From: Gemmatimonadales bacterium
GTDB lineage: Bacteria; Gemmatimonadota; Gemmatimonadetes; Gemmatimonadales; GWC2-71-9
Assembly: GCA_036556505.1 (NCBI GenBank)
Contig: DATBJH010000077.1
Span: 6,862 to 70,861, forward strand
Direction: 5' to 3'
Length of the DNA stretch: 64,000 nt
Made by a program: the position numbers and the translations under genes
Shown here: positions 9,434-18,419 of the stretch, piece by piece
How positions within the stretch are numbered: the stretch's first letter is position 1
Layout of the letters: the number at the start of each line of letters is the position of its first letter
The notes under the pieces: model-generated
Database searches by the model: none
What the model was told of the DNA's origin: nothing
What the model saw: the letters and a program-made list of their open reading frames with translations, nothing else

Positions 9434-10691
9434 ACAGCGCCTCCAGTTCCTTGAGTCGTGGTGCGATGACTGAGGCCTCAGGCAACACGCCCTGAAGCGC
9501 TTCCACCGTCTTGAGACCGTTGCCGGTGATGCAGAGAACCACCTCGTCGTCCGGGCGGAGCCGGCCGGCGCCGGCGAGCGCCAGCGCGCCGGAGACCGTC
9601 GCTCCGCCCGCGGTCTCGGTGAAGATGCCGGTCGTCTCCGCCAGAAGCCGGATGCCGGCAACGATGTCGGGATCGCTCACCCCGGCGACCCAGCCGCCGG
9701 TGCCGCGGATCGCCTGCGCGGCGAAGCGGCCGTCGGCCGGGTTGCCGATGGCGATCGAGCGCGCGATGGTGTGGGGGATGACGGGCCGGACCTGCTCGCC
9801 GCCCGACTCGACCAGCCGCACGATCGGCGCGCAGCCGTCCGCCTGGGCCCCGTAGAGCCGCGGGGCGGGGCCCGACACCAGCCCGGCCCGGGTGAACTCG
9901 GCGAAGCCCTTCCCCAGCTTGGTCAGCAGCGACCCGCCGGCCATCGGCGCCACGACCGCGGTCGGTGTCCGCCAGCCGAGCTGCTCGCAGATCTCGAACG
10001 CGACCGTTTTGGATCCCTCGCCGTAGTACCCGCGGAGGTTGATGTTGACCAGGCCCCAGCCGAACCGATCGGCGGCCTGAGCGCAGAGCCGGTTCACGTC
10101 GTCGTAATTGCCCCTCACCCGCACCAGTCGCGGGTTGTACACCAGCGTCCCCACAACTTTGCCGAGCTCGAGATCGTCGGGGATGAAGATCCAGGCGGCC
10201 AGACCAGCACGCGCGGCCTGCGCGGCGACCGCGTTGGCGAGGTTGCCGGTGGAAGCGCAACCGACGGTGTCGAGCCCGAAGGCGTGTGCCGCGTTGATCG
10301 CGGCGGCGACCACGCGGTCCTTGAAGGAGAGGGTGGGATGGGAGACGCTGTCGTTCTTGATCCACAGCCGCGCCACGCCGAGGCGGCGGGCGAGCTCGGG
10401 CGCCTCGACCAACGGGGTGAACCCGCTGTCGAGCGAGAGAACGGGCTCCCCCTCGAAGGGGAGCCACTCGTGATAGCGCCACAGCGAAGGTGCGCGCGAG
10501 GAGATCGTGTCGGCGTCCGGGAGAGGCCGGTCGGGATCGTACACCGGCTCCAGCGGACCCAGGCACTCCTCACAGATCGCCACCGGCGCCGGCGGCTGCT
10601 GGGCCCCGCAGAGGCGGCATGCCTGCGGCAGGGGCCGCAAGGCAGGCTGTGTGAGAGTGGTGTCATGTTCGGTGACCAGGGCGGTCGTCAT
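9417..10691 (-). CDS. Threonine synthase-family PLP enzyme with an N-terminal zinc ribbon
   Basis: ATG at 10691, preceded by GGAGGA. It has CRLCG...CEEC near the N-terminus and the PLP-lysine block HPTLSFKDRVV. Length (424 aa) and sequence are ThrC-like. Confidence 0.88.
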   Translation of the reverse strand: MTTALVTEHDTTLTQPALRPLPQACRLCGAQQPPAPVAICEECLGPLEPVYDPDRPLPDADTISSRAPSLWRYHEWLPFEGEPVLSLDSGFTPLVEAPELARRLGVARLWIKNDSVSHPTLSFKDRVVAAAINAAHAFGLDTVGCASTGNLANAVAAQAARAGLAAWIFIPDDLELGKVVGTLVYNPRLVRVRGNYDDVNRLCAQAADRFGWGLVNINLRGYYGEGSKTVAFEICEQLGWRTPTAVVAPMAGGSLLTKLGKGFAEFTRAGLVSGPAPRLYGAQADGCAPIVRLVESGGEQVRPVIPHTIARSIAIGNPADGRFAAQAIRGTGGWVAGVSDPDIVAGIRLLAETTGIFTETAGGATVSGALALAGAGRLRPDDEVVLCITGNGLKTVEALQGVLPEASVIAPRLKELEALYGRDL

Positions 10692-10886
10692 CGTCTTCCT
10701 CCGCCTCACTGCCCCCGATCGCCGGCACCGGCTCAACGAAAAGCGCCCGGTGCCAAAAAGACACGCGGGACGCGAGGCTTTTTAGCAGTTGTTTAACGTG
10801 GCTGCAATACGCCGCAAATGACCACGAGCTTCGGTTGTCGCCGCTACGTTAGGGCATTCCACTCGGGGGCGCAAGACCCGGAATGC

Positions 10887-12614
10887 TCACCAATCGCGGT
10901 CTCCGGTCGGCCCTCGGCTGCTCCGGCGCCCCTCGTGCGCGGTAAGCTGTTGCCGCTCCACCGCCTCCAGAAGACGACGCGCCTCGTCCGCCGTCAGCTC
11001 CTCGGCCGACTCTCCCTCGGCGCTGCCGTAACCGCCGCCCGCCATCGCGCCCACCGCCGCGTCCGGGTTTCCCTCGTAGCCGGGCACATGGTTGTCGCCC
11101 CGTCCGTAGTCGGCGTTACGGCCCTGCCCGGACGAGCCGCCGCTGGTGCGGTCGTCCCCCAGTCGGCGGAGGGCGACCTCGAGATTCCAGCGGGCTTCGG
11201 CGTCGCCGGGGGCGAGATGAAGCGCCTCCTCGTAGGCGCCGACGGCATCGAGCAGCGGTGCCGGCTCACCCGGTCGCTCCTCGGCGGCGCGGACCAAGGC
11301 GTTGCCGAGGTTGTAGAGACTTTGCTGCCGGAGGTCGGCGGCGCGGGCGGCCTGACGAAACGCGGCCACCGCCTCGTCGTAGCGCTCCAGCCGGTAAAGC
11401 GCGGCGCCCGCGTCGAACGCCAGCCGGGCACTGCTGTCGCGCTCGAGGCCGAAGCGGAAGACGTCGTAGGCCTCGGGGTAGCGGGCCTGATGGTACAGCC
11501 GCTCGCCGCGGTGGGCGGGAGAGCAGGACCCGGCCAGAAGGGTCACCACAACTGTCATCCCGAGCGTAGCGAGGGATCTTCTCTGGGCGGGCAGGATCCC
11601 TCGCTGCGCCCGGGATGACAAGGACGGCGCTCGGGATGACAGCTCGGCCAGCAGGAGCAGGACGATCATGAGACCCAGCGGCCACTGGTACCGGTCCGCC
11701 CGCTCGCTCGTCTTCCTCGCCGCGAGCGTCCGCGGCTGCACCCGGCCGAGCGCGGTCACCAGCGTCCGCAGCTCCTCGGCCCGGTCCCATCGCGCGTAGG
11801 CTCCGCCGGTCGCGGCAGCGATGGCCCTGAGCTCATCCTCCTCCAGCCGGGATACGATCACCCGGCCGAGGTGGTCCCGGTGGTAGCGTGCCTCGGTGCT
11901 GTCGGCAGGCACCGGCCCGCCACGACCGGTGCCGATGCCGACCGCGAAGACCGGCAGCTCCTGCTCGCGCAGCGCCTCGATCGCGGGCTCCAGGTTGCCC
12001 TCGCCGCTCTCTCCATCGCTCACGAGCAGCACGGCGCGGCGACCCTCCTCGCCCTCGTGCTCGAACGCGCTCGCGGCCGCGAGCAGCGCCGCGGAGACGT
12101 CGGTGGCGGGATCTCCCAGATCGTCCTGGCTGGCCGCGTCGAGAAACAGCCTGAGCGAGGCCCGGTCGGAGGTGAACGGCATCTGGAGAAACGCACTGCC
12201 GCCGAACACGACCAGCCCGACGCGGTCGCTCGGATAGGCCGAAACCACTGCCCAGGCGAGCCGTTTCGCGGTCGCCAGTCTGGTCCTCCCTTCCGTATCG
12301 CTCGTGCCCATCGAGCGAGACAGATCGAGCAGCAGGAGCAGGTCCCGGCCGGTTCGAACCATCTCGCTCTCCCGCTCGCCCAGTTGGGGGCGGGCCAGCG
12401 CCAGCATCCCGAGCCCGACCGCGGCGACCCGGAGCGCGGCGGTCGTCCGGATCCGGCGGGGGGTCGCGAGCGACGAGCCCCGACGCAGCACCGCCTCGTC
12501 GCCGAACGCTGCCAGCGCTACGCGGCGCGCGCGCTCGGCGCGGCGGACGAGCCATGTCACCAGCGTCAGCGCCGCGAGGCCCAGCGGCAGCACCCAGGGA
12601 TACGCGAAGCTCAC
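10887..12614 (-). CDS. BatB-like VWA-domain membrane protein continuous with a BatC-like TPR lipoprotein (single 575-aa ORF)
   Basis: The N-terminal half has the MIDAS motif DLSRSM and flanking TM segments. The C-terminal half has the MTVVVTLLAGSC lipobox-like start plus TPR-like repeats. The two halves are joined by sequence encoded by a palindromic repeat (11553-11641) that contains no stop codon. Confidence 0.75.
   Translation of the reverse strand: MSFAYPWVLPLGLAALTLVTWLVRRAERARRVALAAFGDEAVLRRGSSLATPRRIRTTAALRVAAVGLGMLALARPQLGERESEMVRTGRDLLLLLDLSRSMGTSDTEGRTRLATAKRLAWAVVSAYPSDRVGLVVFGGSAFLQMPFTSDRASLRLFLDAASQDDLGDPATDVSAALLAAASAFEHEGEEGRRAVLLVSDGESGEGNLEPAIEALREQELPVFAVGIGTGRGGPVPADSTEARYHRDHLGRVIVSRLEEDELRAIAAATGGAYARWDRAEELRTLVTALGRVQPRTLAARKTSERADRYQWPLGLMIVLLLLAELSSRAPSLSSRAQRGILPAQRRSLATLGMTVVVTLLAGSCSPAHRGERLYHQARYPEAYDVFRFGLERDSSARLAFDAGAALYRLERYDEAVAAFRQAARAADLRQQSLYNLGNALVRAAEERPGEPAPLLDAVGAYEEALHLAPGDAEARWNLEVALRRLGDDRTSGGSSGQGRNADYGRGDNHVPGYEGNPDAAVGAMAGGGYGSAEGESAEELTADEARRLLEAVERQQLTAHEGRRSSRGPTGDRDW
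11553..11641. repeat. REP/MITE-like palindromic element, copy 1 (TGTCATCCCGAGCGTAGCGAGGGATC ... GATCCCTCGCTGCGCCCGGGATGACA, plus an extra half-site GCGCTCGGGATGACA)
   Basis: The inverted repeat was read directly. It is related to the copies at 23817, 39011 and 50318. It lies inside the BatB/BatC ORF. Confidence 0.85.
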
Positions 12615-13603
12615 GGCAACGTCCTCAGCCGTCCCCCGCGCAACGCAAGCGCCGCGGCGAGGAGCGCCAGCGCGGGGGCGAGGAGCCAGGGGAAGAGCTC
12701 GCGATAGTCCCGCGTCTGGTTGATGGTCACCTCCTGGCGCTCCAGCGGATCCAGCTTCTCCATGATCTGCCCCAGCGCTTCGGGGTCCGTCGCCCGGAAA
12801 TACTCGCCGCCGCTCCGCTCCGCGATCCGGCGCAAGACCCGCTCGTCCGAGCTGGTGAGCCGGTCGGGCGTGCGGCCTTGCCGCCAGATGAAGCCGTCGT
12901 TGAACCCGGTCGTGTCCGGCGCGCTCACGCCGATAGTGTGAATCCGGACGCCGATCGCCCGCGCAGCTTCGGCGGCTACGAAGGGACCGGGCGAACCGGT
13001 GTTGTTGGCGCCGTCGGTGATGAGCACGATCGCGCTGGCGCGACTCGGTAGGTCCTTGAGCTGACTGAGACAGAGCGCGAGCGCCGTCCCGATGCCGGTG
13101 CCGTCCGGCAGCTGACCGATCTCCACTCGCTCGAGCATCTCGCCCAGCAGATCGGTGTCCGGCGTGAGCGGCGCCTGGAGGAAGGGGCGGCCGGCGAAGA
13201 TCACCAGGCCGAGCAGATCCCCCTGGCGCTGCCGGGCGAAGTCGCCCAGCACCTGGCGCGCCACCTCCAGCCGGTTGCCGGGCTTGAAGTCCGTCGCCTT
13301 CATGCTGCTGGAGATGTCGAGCGCGAGCATGAGGTTCCGGGCCCGGCTCTTCACTTCGCGCACGTCGTGCGGCACCTGCAGGCGCGCCAGCGCCAGCACC
13401 AGCAGCGCCAGCGAGGCTATGCCGAGCGCGTCGGGGAGCAGGCGCCAGCGCGCCCGGCGCGGCGCCGGCTCGGAGGCAAGGAAGGCCAGCGCCGGAAAGC
13501 CGATGCGCTCCGGAGGCGGCTCCCGCCGCCGAAGCGCCAGCCGGAGCGCCAGCCCGGCGGGCAGGGCGAGCAGGACGAGGAACCAGGGGTCAGCGAACCG
13601 CAT
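12611..13603 (-). CDS. BatA-like VWA-domain membrane protein
   Basis: The ATG at 13603 gives MRFADPWFLVLLALP.... It has the MIDAS motif DISSSM, a VWA core and a C-terminal TM segment. It overlaps the downstream gene by 4 nt. Confidence 0.85.
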   Translation of the reverse strand: MRFADPWFLVLLALPAGLALRLALRRREPPPERIGFPALAFLASEPAPRRARWRLLPDALGIASLALLVLALARLQVPHDVREVKSRARNLMLALDISSSMKATDFKPGNRLEVARQVLGDFARQRQGDLLGLVIFAGRPFLQAPLTPDTDLLGEMLERVEIGQLPDGTGIGTALALCLSQLKDLPSRASAIVLITDGANNTGSPGPFVAAEAARAIGVRIHTIGVSAPDTTGFNDGFIWRQGRTPDRLTSSDERVLRRIAERSGGEYFRATDPEALGQIMEKLDPLERQEVTINQTRDYRELFPWLLAPALALLAAALALRGGRLRTLP

Positions 13604-14564
13604 CCAGCTCCTCCGACCCGGCCGCCTGGTGCCAGCGGGCGAGCAGTGCGCGGGCGGCCTCGGTATAGCCCGCCGCGTCCGCGGCACCCGGGCGCTGACG
13701 GGCGAACTTCACCAGATCGGCCGCGCCCAGCACTTCCTGCACCCGGCGGCGCACCCCGCCCTCGGCGAGCCGCGGCGGCAGCGACCACAAGAGCTCGGTC
13801 GTGGTTCGCTCCGGCGCCGGGATGCCCTCGGCCCGCTGGAGGTACTCCCGCAGCACTCCCGCCACCAGTTCGTAGTGGCGCTCCACTTCGCCGCGGCTGA
13901 ACCAGCGCTCCCCATCGATGGCCTCCAGCCGGGCGAGCGCGACGGCGTACGGATCGCGCGGTGGAGGGGGTAATGGGGGCGCCTCCATGGTCTGCCGAGC
14001 CTTGACCGGCGTACGCCATCGCCGCCTGGTCGTCGCCCAGGTGACACCGGCGGCGCCCGCGGCCCCGAGCAGGATCCAGAGGGGCGTCAGTCTCGGCGGC
14101 GTCTCCGGTTCCCGAATGTCTCGCAGCGACGGATTGCCCCCGGGGAGCACCGACGTCACTTCGATCTCCACCGGATCGTGAGACATCACCCCCCGGTGGC
14201 CGGTCACGATCTGCATCCAGGGAAGCCCGAACGGCGGCACCTGCTGGCGTCCGGGGCGATAGAACGCCAGCACGGCGCTGCCGGTGAAGGCGCGGTCGGG
14301 ACCGCGCTGGAGCTTTTCCGCCGACAGCACGCGCACGCCGGGTGGCAGCTCGCCGACCGGGCGCGGCACCGTGTCGGTCAGCAGGTCGCGCTCGTTGATG
14401 ATGAGGCGGAAGCGAACGGTGACGGAGTCCCCGACGGCCACCTTCGCGGGCGCGGCCGTCGCGGTGAAGAAGCGGCCCTGGTTGAGCTGGGCATGAGCGG
14501 ACGCTGGCGGCAGCACGAAGAGGAGCAATGTCAGGGAGAGGAGCAATGTCAGCCTGAACCTCAT
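13590..14564 (-). CDS. Bat-operon membrane protein: signal peptide, Ig-like extracytoplasmic region, TM segment and DUF4381-like cytoplasmic tail
   Basis: The ATG at 14564 overlaps the DUF58 stop (ATGA). The N-terminus is MRFRLTLLLSLTLLLFVLPPASAHA. The tail has YELVAGVLREYL...ADLVKFARQRP, typical of DUF4381. The Arg-rich 237-aa upstream extension in the ORF track is rejected. Confidence 0.7.
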   Translation of the reverse strand: MRFRLTLLLSLTLLLFVLPPASAHAQLNQGRFFTATAAPAKVAVGDSVTVRFRLIINERDLLTDTVPRPVGELPPGVRVLSAEKLQRGPDRAFTGSAVLAFYRPGRQQVPPFGLPWMQIVTGHRGVMSHDPVEIEVTSVLPGGNPSLRDIREPETPPRLTPLWILLGAAGAAGVTWATTRRRWRTPVKARQTMEAPPLPPPPRDPYAVALARLEAIDGERWFSRGEVERHYELVAGVLREYLQRAEGIPAPERTTTELLWSLPPRLAEGGVRRRVQEVLGAADLVKFARQRPGAADAAGYTEAARALLARWHQAAGSEELDAVR

Positions 14565-15442
14565 CGCCACAGCCGGCTCTCCCTCCGCCGGAAGAACGCC
14601 AGCAGCGGCTCGGCGTAGGACGCGCCGGTGTCCAGCCGGAGCAGGTCCGCCCCCGACTCGCGTAGCGTGTGCTCCAGCCGTGCAGCGAACTCGGCGGCCC
14701 GGAGCCGGAAGCGCTCGCGCAGGGTGCGGTCGGACGTGTTCACCACTCGCCACGCCCCACTCTCCGCGTCCCACAGCGTCACCAGCCCGACGTCGGGCAG
14801 CTCCCGCTCCCGCGGGTCCACTACCTGGATCGCGATCAGATCGTGCCGCCTTGCCAGCCGGCCCAGGGCCGCCTCCCAGCCGCTGCAGATGAAATCGGAC
14901 ACGAGGAAGATGACGGCGCGACGCCGAAGCATCGGCTCCAGATAGGCGAGCGCGGCGCCCAGGTCGGTGCCCGCCCCCCGAGGCTCGAAGGCGAGCAGGT
15001 CGCTGATGACGCGGAGGGCCTGACGTCGCCCTTTGCGCGGGGCCACGTAGTGCTCGACCCCGTCGGTCGCGAGCACCGCGCCCACGCGGTCGTTGTTGCG
15101 AGCGGCCGCGAGGGCGAGCACGGCGCACACTTCGGTGGTGAGGTCGCCCTTGGTCCGGCGGACGCTGCCGAAGCGGGCGGAGGCGCTCTGGTCGGCCACG
15201 AAGAGCACGGTGAGCTCGCGCTCCTCGAGGTAGCGCTTCACGTAGGCGGAGCCGAGCCTGGCGGTGACGTTCCAATCGATGGTGCGGATGTCGTCGCCGG
15301 GCTGGTACTCACGGACCTCGGCGAACTCGACCCCGCGGCCGCGAAACGCGCTGGAGTACTCCCCGGCCATGATGTCGCGCACGAGGTGGCGCGTAGTGAT
15401 CTCCAGGCGCCGGACCTCGCGCGTGACCTCCTCCGGGCTCAT
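14561..15442 (-). CDS. DUF58 domain protein (MoxR-associated, VWA-like)
   Basis: 293-aa ORF with REYQPGDDIRTIDWNVTARL, the DUF58 signature. It has 4-nt overlaps with both neighbouring genes. Confidence 0.88.
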   Translation of the reverse strand: MSPEEVTREVRRLEITTRHLVRDIMAGEYSSAFRGRGVEFAEVREYQPGDDIRTIDWNVTARLGSAYVKRYLEERELTVLFVADQSASARFGSVRRTKGDLTTEVCAVLALAAARNNDRVGAVLATDGVEHYVAPRKGRRQALRVISDLLAFEPRGAGTDLGAALAYLEPMLRRRAVIFLVSDFICSGWEAALGRLARRHDLIAIQVVDPRERELPDVGLVTLWDAESGAWRVVNTSDRTLRERFRLRAAEFAARLEHTLRESGADLLRLDTGASYAEPLLAFFRRRESRLWR

Positions 15443-16440
15443 GGCACCGGCACCGCCTCGAGAATGCGGCGCAGCACCTCATCCGCGCCCACGCCTTCGG
15501 CGTCCGCGCGGTAGGTGAGGATGATCCGGTGCCGGAGGACGTCGAGGCCCAAGGCCTTGATGTCGTCCGGGGTGACGTAGGCGCGGCCCTGGAGGAAGGC
15601 ATGGGCCTTGGCCGCGCGGAGCAGGAAGATGGCCGCGCGTGGCGAGGCGCCGAACTCGATCAGCGGGGCGATCCCGCCCAGGCCCGCATCCGCCGGCCGC
15701 CGTGTGGCGGCGACCAGGTCGAGCACGTACTCCTTGATCCGGTCGTCGGCGTAGATCTGGTGCACCAGCCGCCGCGAGCGCAGGATCCCTTCCGGGTCGA
15801 GCACCTGACGCACCGCCGGCTCGTCACCCAGCGTCATCCGGTCCAGCACCTCCCGTTCCTCCCGCCGCTCCGGGTAGGTGACGGCCAGCTTGAACATGAA
15901 GCGGTCCACCTGCGCCTCGGGGAGCGGATAGGTCCCTTCGTGCTCGATCGGGTTCTGGGTGGCGAGCACCAGGAACAGCTCGGGCAGCGGGAAGGTGCGC
16001 CCGCCGATCGTCACCTGTTTCTCCTGCATGGCCTCCAGCAGCGCGCTCTGGACCTTGGCCGGCGCGCGGTTGATCTCGTCGGCGAGCAGGAGGTTGGTGA
16101 AGATCGGCCCCTGCTGAACCGTGAAGTCGCCGGTCCGCTGGTTGTAGATCATGGTGCCGATCAGATCGGCCGGCAGCAGATCCGGAGTGAACTGGATCCG
16201 GTGGAAGCCGGCTGAGATGGTGGCGGCGAGAGTGCGCACCGCCAGGGTCTTGGCGAGGCCGGGCACGCCCTCGAGCAGCACGTGGCCGTCCGCCAGGAGG
16301 CCGATCAACAGCCGCTCCAGCATGGCGCGTTGCCCGACGATGACCCGGCCGATCTCTTCCGTCAGCACGGCGGTCAGCCGGGCATGCTCCTCGATCTCGG
16401 CGGTGGGGAGGAGGTCCCGGCGTTCGGGGATGGAGGTCAT
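15439..16440 (-). CDS. MoxR-family AAA+ ATPase
   Basis: 333-aa ORF with Walker A (GVPGLAKT), Walker B (LLADEINRA) and a typical MoxR C-terminal region. Confidence 0.93.
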   Translation of the reverse strand: MTSIPERRDLLPTAEIEEHARLTAVLTEEIGRVIVGQRAMLERLLIGLLADGHVLLEGVPGLAKTLAVRTLAATISAGFHRIQFTPDLLPADLIGTMIYNQRTGDFTVQQGPIFTNLLLADEINRAPAKVQSALLEAMQEKQVTIGGRTFPLPELFLVLATQNPIEHEGTYPLPEAQVDRFMFKLAVTYPERREEREVLDRMTLGDEPAVRQVLDPEGILRSRRLVHQIYADDRIKEYVLDLVAATRRPADAGLGGIAPLIEFGASPRAAIFLLRAAKAHAFLQGRAYVTPDDIKALGLDVLRHRIILTYRADAEGVGADEVLRRILEAVPVP

Positions 16441-16453
16441 CGGAGAAATCTAA

Positions 16454-16485
16454 GGCGGTACGGCGGTACGGCGGTACGGCGGTAG
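16454..16485. repeat. Octamer tandem array, 4 units (GGCGGTAC x3, GGCGGTAG)
   Basis: Read directly. It lies in the divergent region between the moxR ATG (16440) and the beta-propeller gene (16557). Confidence 0.9.
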
Positions 16486-16556
16486 TGACTGTTGTCAGGC
16501 GAAACCACCCGGACGGGCTCAGCGTCCGGAAAGACACCGACCCGTTCCGAGGCACC

Positions 16557-18419
16557 ATGGCCAGGTCTGCTACCGCGCTCCTCACCACCCTGCTCGCGGG
16601 CGGCATCGGCTTCGCCGCACTCTCCGCTTCGCAGGATGCCGCGTCCATGTTCCGCGGCGACGCGACCCACTCCGGGGTCTACGCCTCCGCGCCGTTGCGC
16701 CAGTTCGGCGGGCTCCAGTGGCGGGTGCAGACCGGCGGCATGGTCCAGTCCTCCGCGGCACTGCACGATGGCACGGTCTACATCGGCAGCGGGGACGGGC
16801 TGCTCTACGCCCTCGACGCGAGCACGGGCGCCCAGCGGTGGCGGTTCCGGACCGGGCGCGCCATCTCCTCGACGCCCGCCGTGGCCGACGGACTCGTTTT
16901 CGTGGGAAGTCGTGACAACACCTTCTGGGCGGTGGATGAACGGACCGGTGAGGAGCGCTGGCGCCTCGAGACCGGTCGCGACGTTCCCTTCCCCTGGGGC
17001 TTCGAGAGCGGCGACCTGTACACCTCCTCGCCCACCTGGGCCGGCGGCACGCTCTACTTCGGCAGCGGTGACGGCCGCGTCTATGCCGTCGATCCGAAGA
17101 GCGGGAGAATCCGCTGGCGCTTCAGCACCCGGGGACGGGTGCGCTCCTCTCCGGCCGTGGCAGACGGACGGCTGTACACCGGCAGCGCCGACGGCACGCT
17201 GTACGCGCTCGATGCGAAAAGCGGGCGCGAGCTATGGCGGTTCGATACCGAAGGACACGGGCTGGAGTCCGGCAAGTTCGGCTTCGATCGCCGCACCATC
17301 CAGGCGTCGCCCGCGGTGGGGGACGGTCGCGTCTATGTCGGCTCGCGTGACGGCTTCCTCTACGCGGTGGACGCCGCCACCGGGAAACAGCTCTGGCGGG
17401 TGGACCATCAGATGTCGTGGGTCAACACCTCGCCGGCGTTCGCCGACGGGATCGTGTACGCCGGCAGCTCGGACGAGCGCTTTCTCCAGGCGGTGGACGC
17501 GCGCACGGGCCGGGAGCGGTGGCGGGTGACGACGCAGCGCCCGGTGTGGTCCTCGCCCGCGGTGGTCGGCAACATGGTTTACGTGGGAGACGGCTCGGGC
17601 ACAGTCTACGCGGTGGACCGCGCCAGCGGCCAGGAGCGCTGGCGACATCAGGCCGGGCGCCGGATCTTCTCGTCCCCCGTGATCGCCGATGGAGTGCTCT
17701 ACGTCGGAAACGACGACGGCGGCGTGTACGCCATACGCGGATCCGACACGCCGATGCTGCGCGCGGTCTTCTGGGACAGCGCGCTGGTCCGGGCCTCACG
17801 CGTCGTCGCCCACCGGGAGCTCCGGGAGTACCTCACCCAGCGGGGCTACGAGGTCCTCGACAGCAGGGGCCTGCAGCGATTCCTGTCGGCCCGGCTCCAG
17901 GACCGCTCGCCCAGCGTGGTCGTCTTCTCCATGGACCATCTGCCGGCGACCGTGGCTCCGGTCGCCGCGGACACCGTGCTCTTCCGCCGCTATCTCGACG
18001 CCGGCGGGAAGGTGGTCTGGCCCGGCATCCCTCCGCTGATCTGGCCGCGTGACCCCGCGACCGGCGAGGGCTCGGACTACATCAAGATCGATCGCGTCGG
18101 GACGGCCCGGCTCCTCGGGGTGGACCACGCCCGGAGCAACTTCGACAACTACGGTGCGGTCGTTACCGCGGCGGGGCTTCGCTGGGGATTGTCGGGGTGG
18201 TGGGACAGCAACTGGGGCGTGGATCCCGCAGGGGTGACCGAGACCCTGGCGAGGGACGACAACGGCCTCGCCAGCTCCTGGGTAAGGAGCTACGGTGGAC
18301 CGCCGGGGACAGGGTTCGTGAGGGTGTACGGGGGCAACTGGTCCGCCGGCGGCCCCACGGCGAGCTTCGCCGCCGTGCAGGCCGTGGCGGAGTACCGGCC
18401 GGCTATACCGGCCCGTTGA
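16557..18419 (+). CDS. Secreted PQQ-like (BamB-type) beta-propeller repeat protein with an unassigned C-terminal domain of about 230 aa
   Basis: The ATG at 16557 gives the signal-like MARSATALLTTLLAGGIGFAALSA. There are about 8 repeats of the G.VY.GS.DG.LYA.D...G...W pattern. I do not recognise the C-terminal part. Confidence 0.8.
   Translation: MARSATALLTTLLAGGIGFAALSASQDAASMFRGDATHSGVYASAPLRQFGGLQWRVQTGGMVQSSAALHDGTVYIGSGDGLLYALDASTGAQRWRFRTGRAISSTPAVADGLVFVGSRDNTFWAVDERTGEERWRLETGRDVPFPWGFESGDLYTSSPTWAGGTLYFGSGDGRVYAVDPKSGRIRWRFSTRGRVRSSPAVADGRLYTGSADGTLYALDAKSGRELWRFDTEGHGLESGKFGFDRRTIQASPAVGDGRVYVGSRDGFLYAVDAATGKQLWRVDHQMSWVNTSPAFADGIVYAGSSDERFLQAVDARTGRERWRVTTQRPVWSSPAVVGNMVYVGDGSGTVYAVDRASGQERWRHQAGRRIFSSPVIADGVLYVGNDDGGVYAIRGSDTPMLRAVFWDSALVRASRVVAHRELREYLTQRGYEVLDSRGLQRFLSARLQDRSPSVVVFSMDHLPATVAPVAADTVLFRRYLDAGGKVVWPGIPPLIWPRDPATGEGSDYIKIDRVGTARLLGVDHARSNFDNYGAVVTAAGLRWGLSGWWDSNWGVDPAGVTETLARDDNGLASSWVRSYGGPPGTGFVRVYGGNWSAGGPTASFAAVQAVAEYRPAIPAR

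Noticed and set aside
10692-10754. The leader of the ThrC-family gene with an 8-bp hairpin (GGCACCGG-N15-CCGGTGCC, 10724-10754), considered as a possible SAM/amino-acid riboswitch or attenuator.
   Set aside because: The region is too short for known SAM or T-box architectures. I saw no conserved riboswitch core motifs and no leader peptide. It would need an Rfam scan to revisit.
10755-10783. AAAAAG-ACACGCGGGACGCGAGGC-TTTTT considered as a bidirectional intrinsic terminator after the Bat operon.
   Set aside because: Only about 4 contiguous base pairs (CGCG/CGCG) can form, with mismatches beyond. The A/T runs are suggestive, but the stem is too weak to call.
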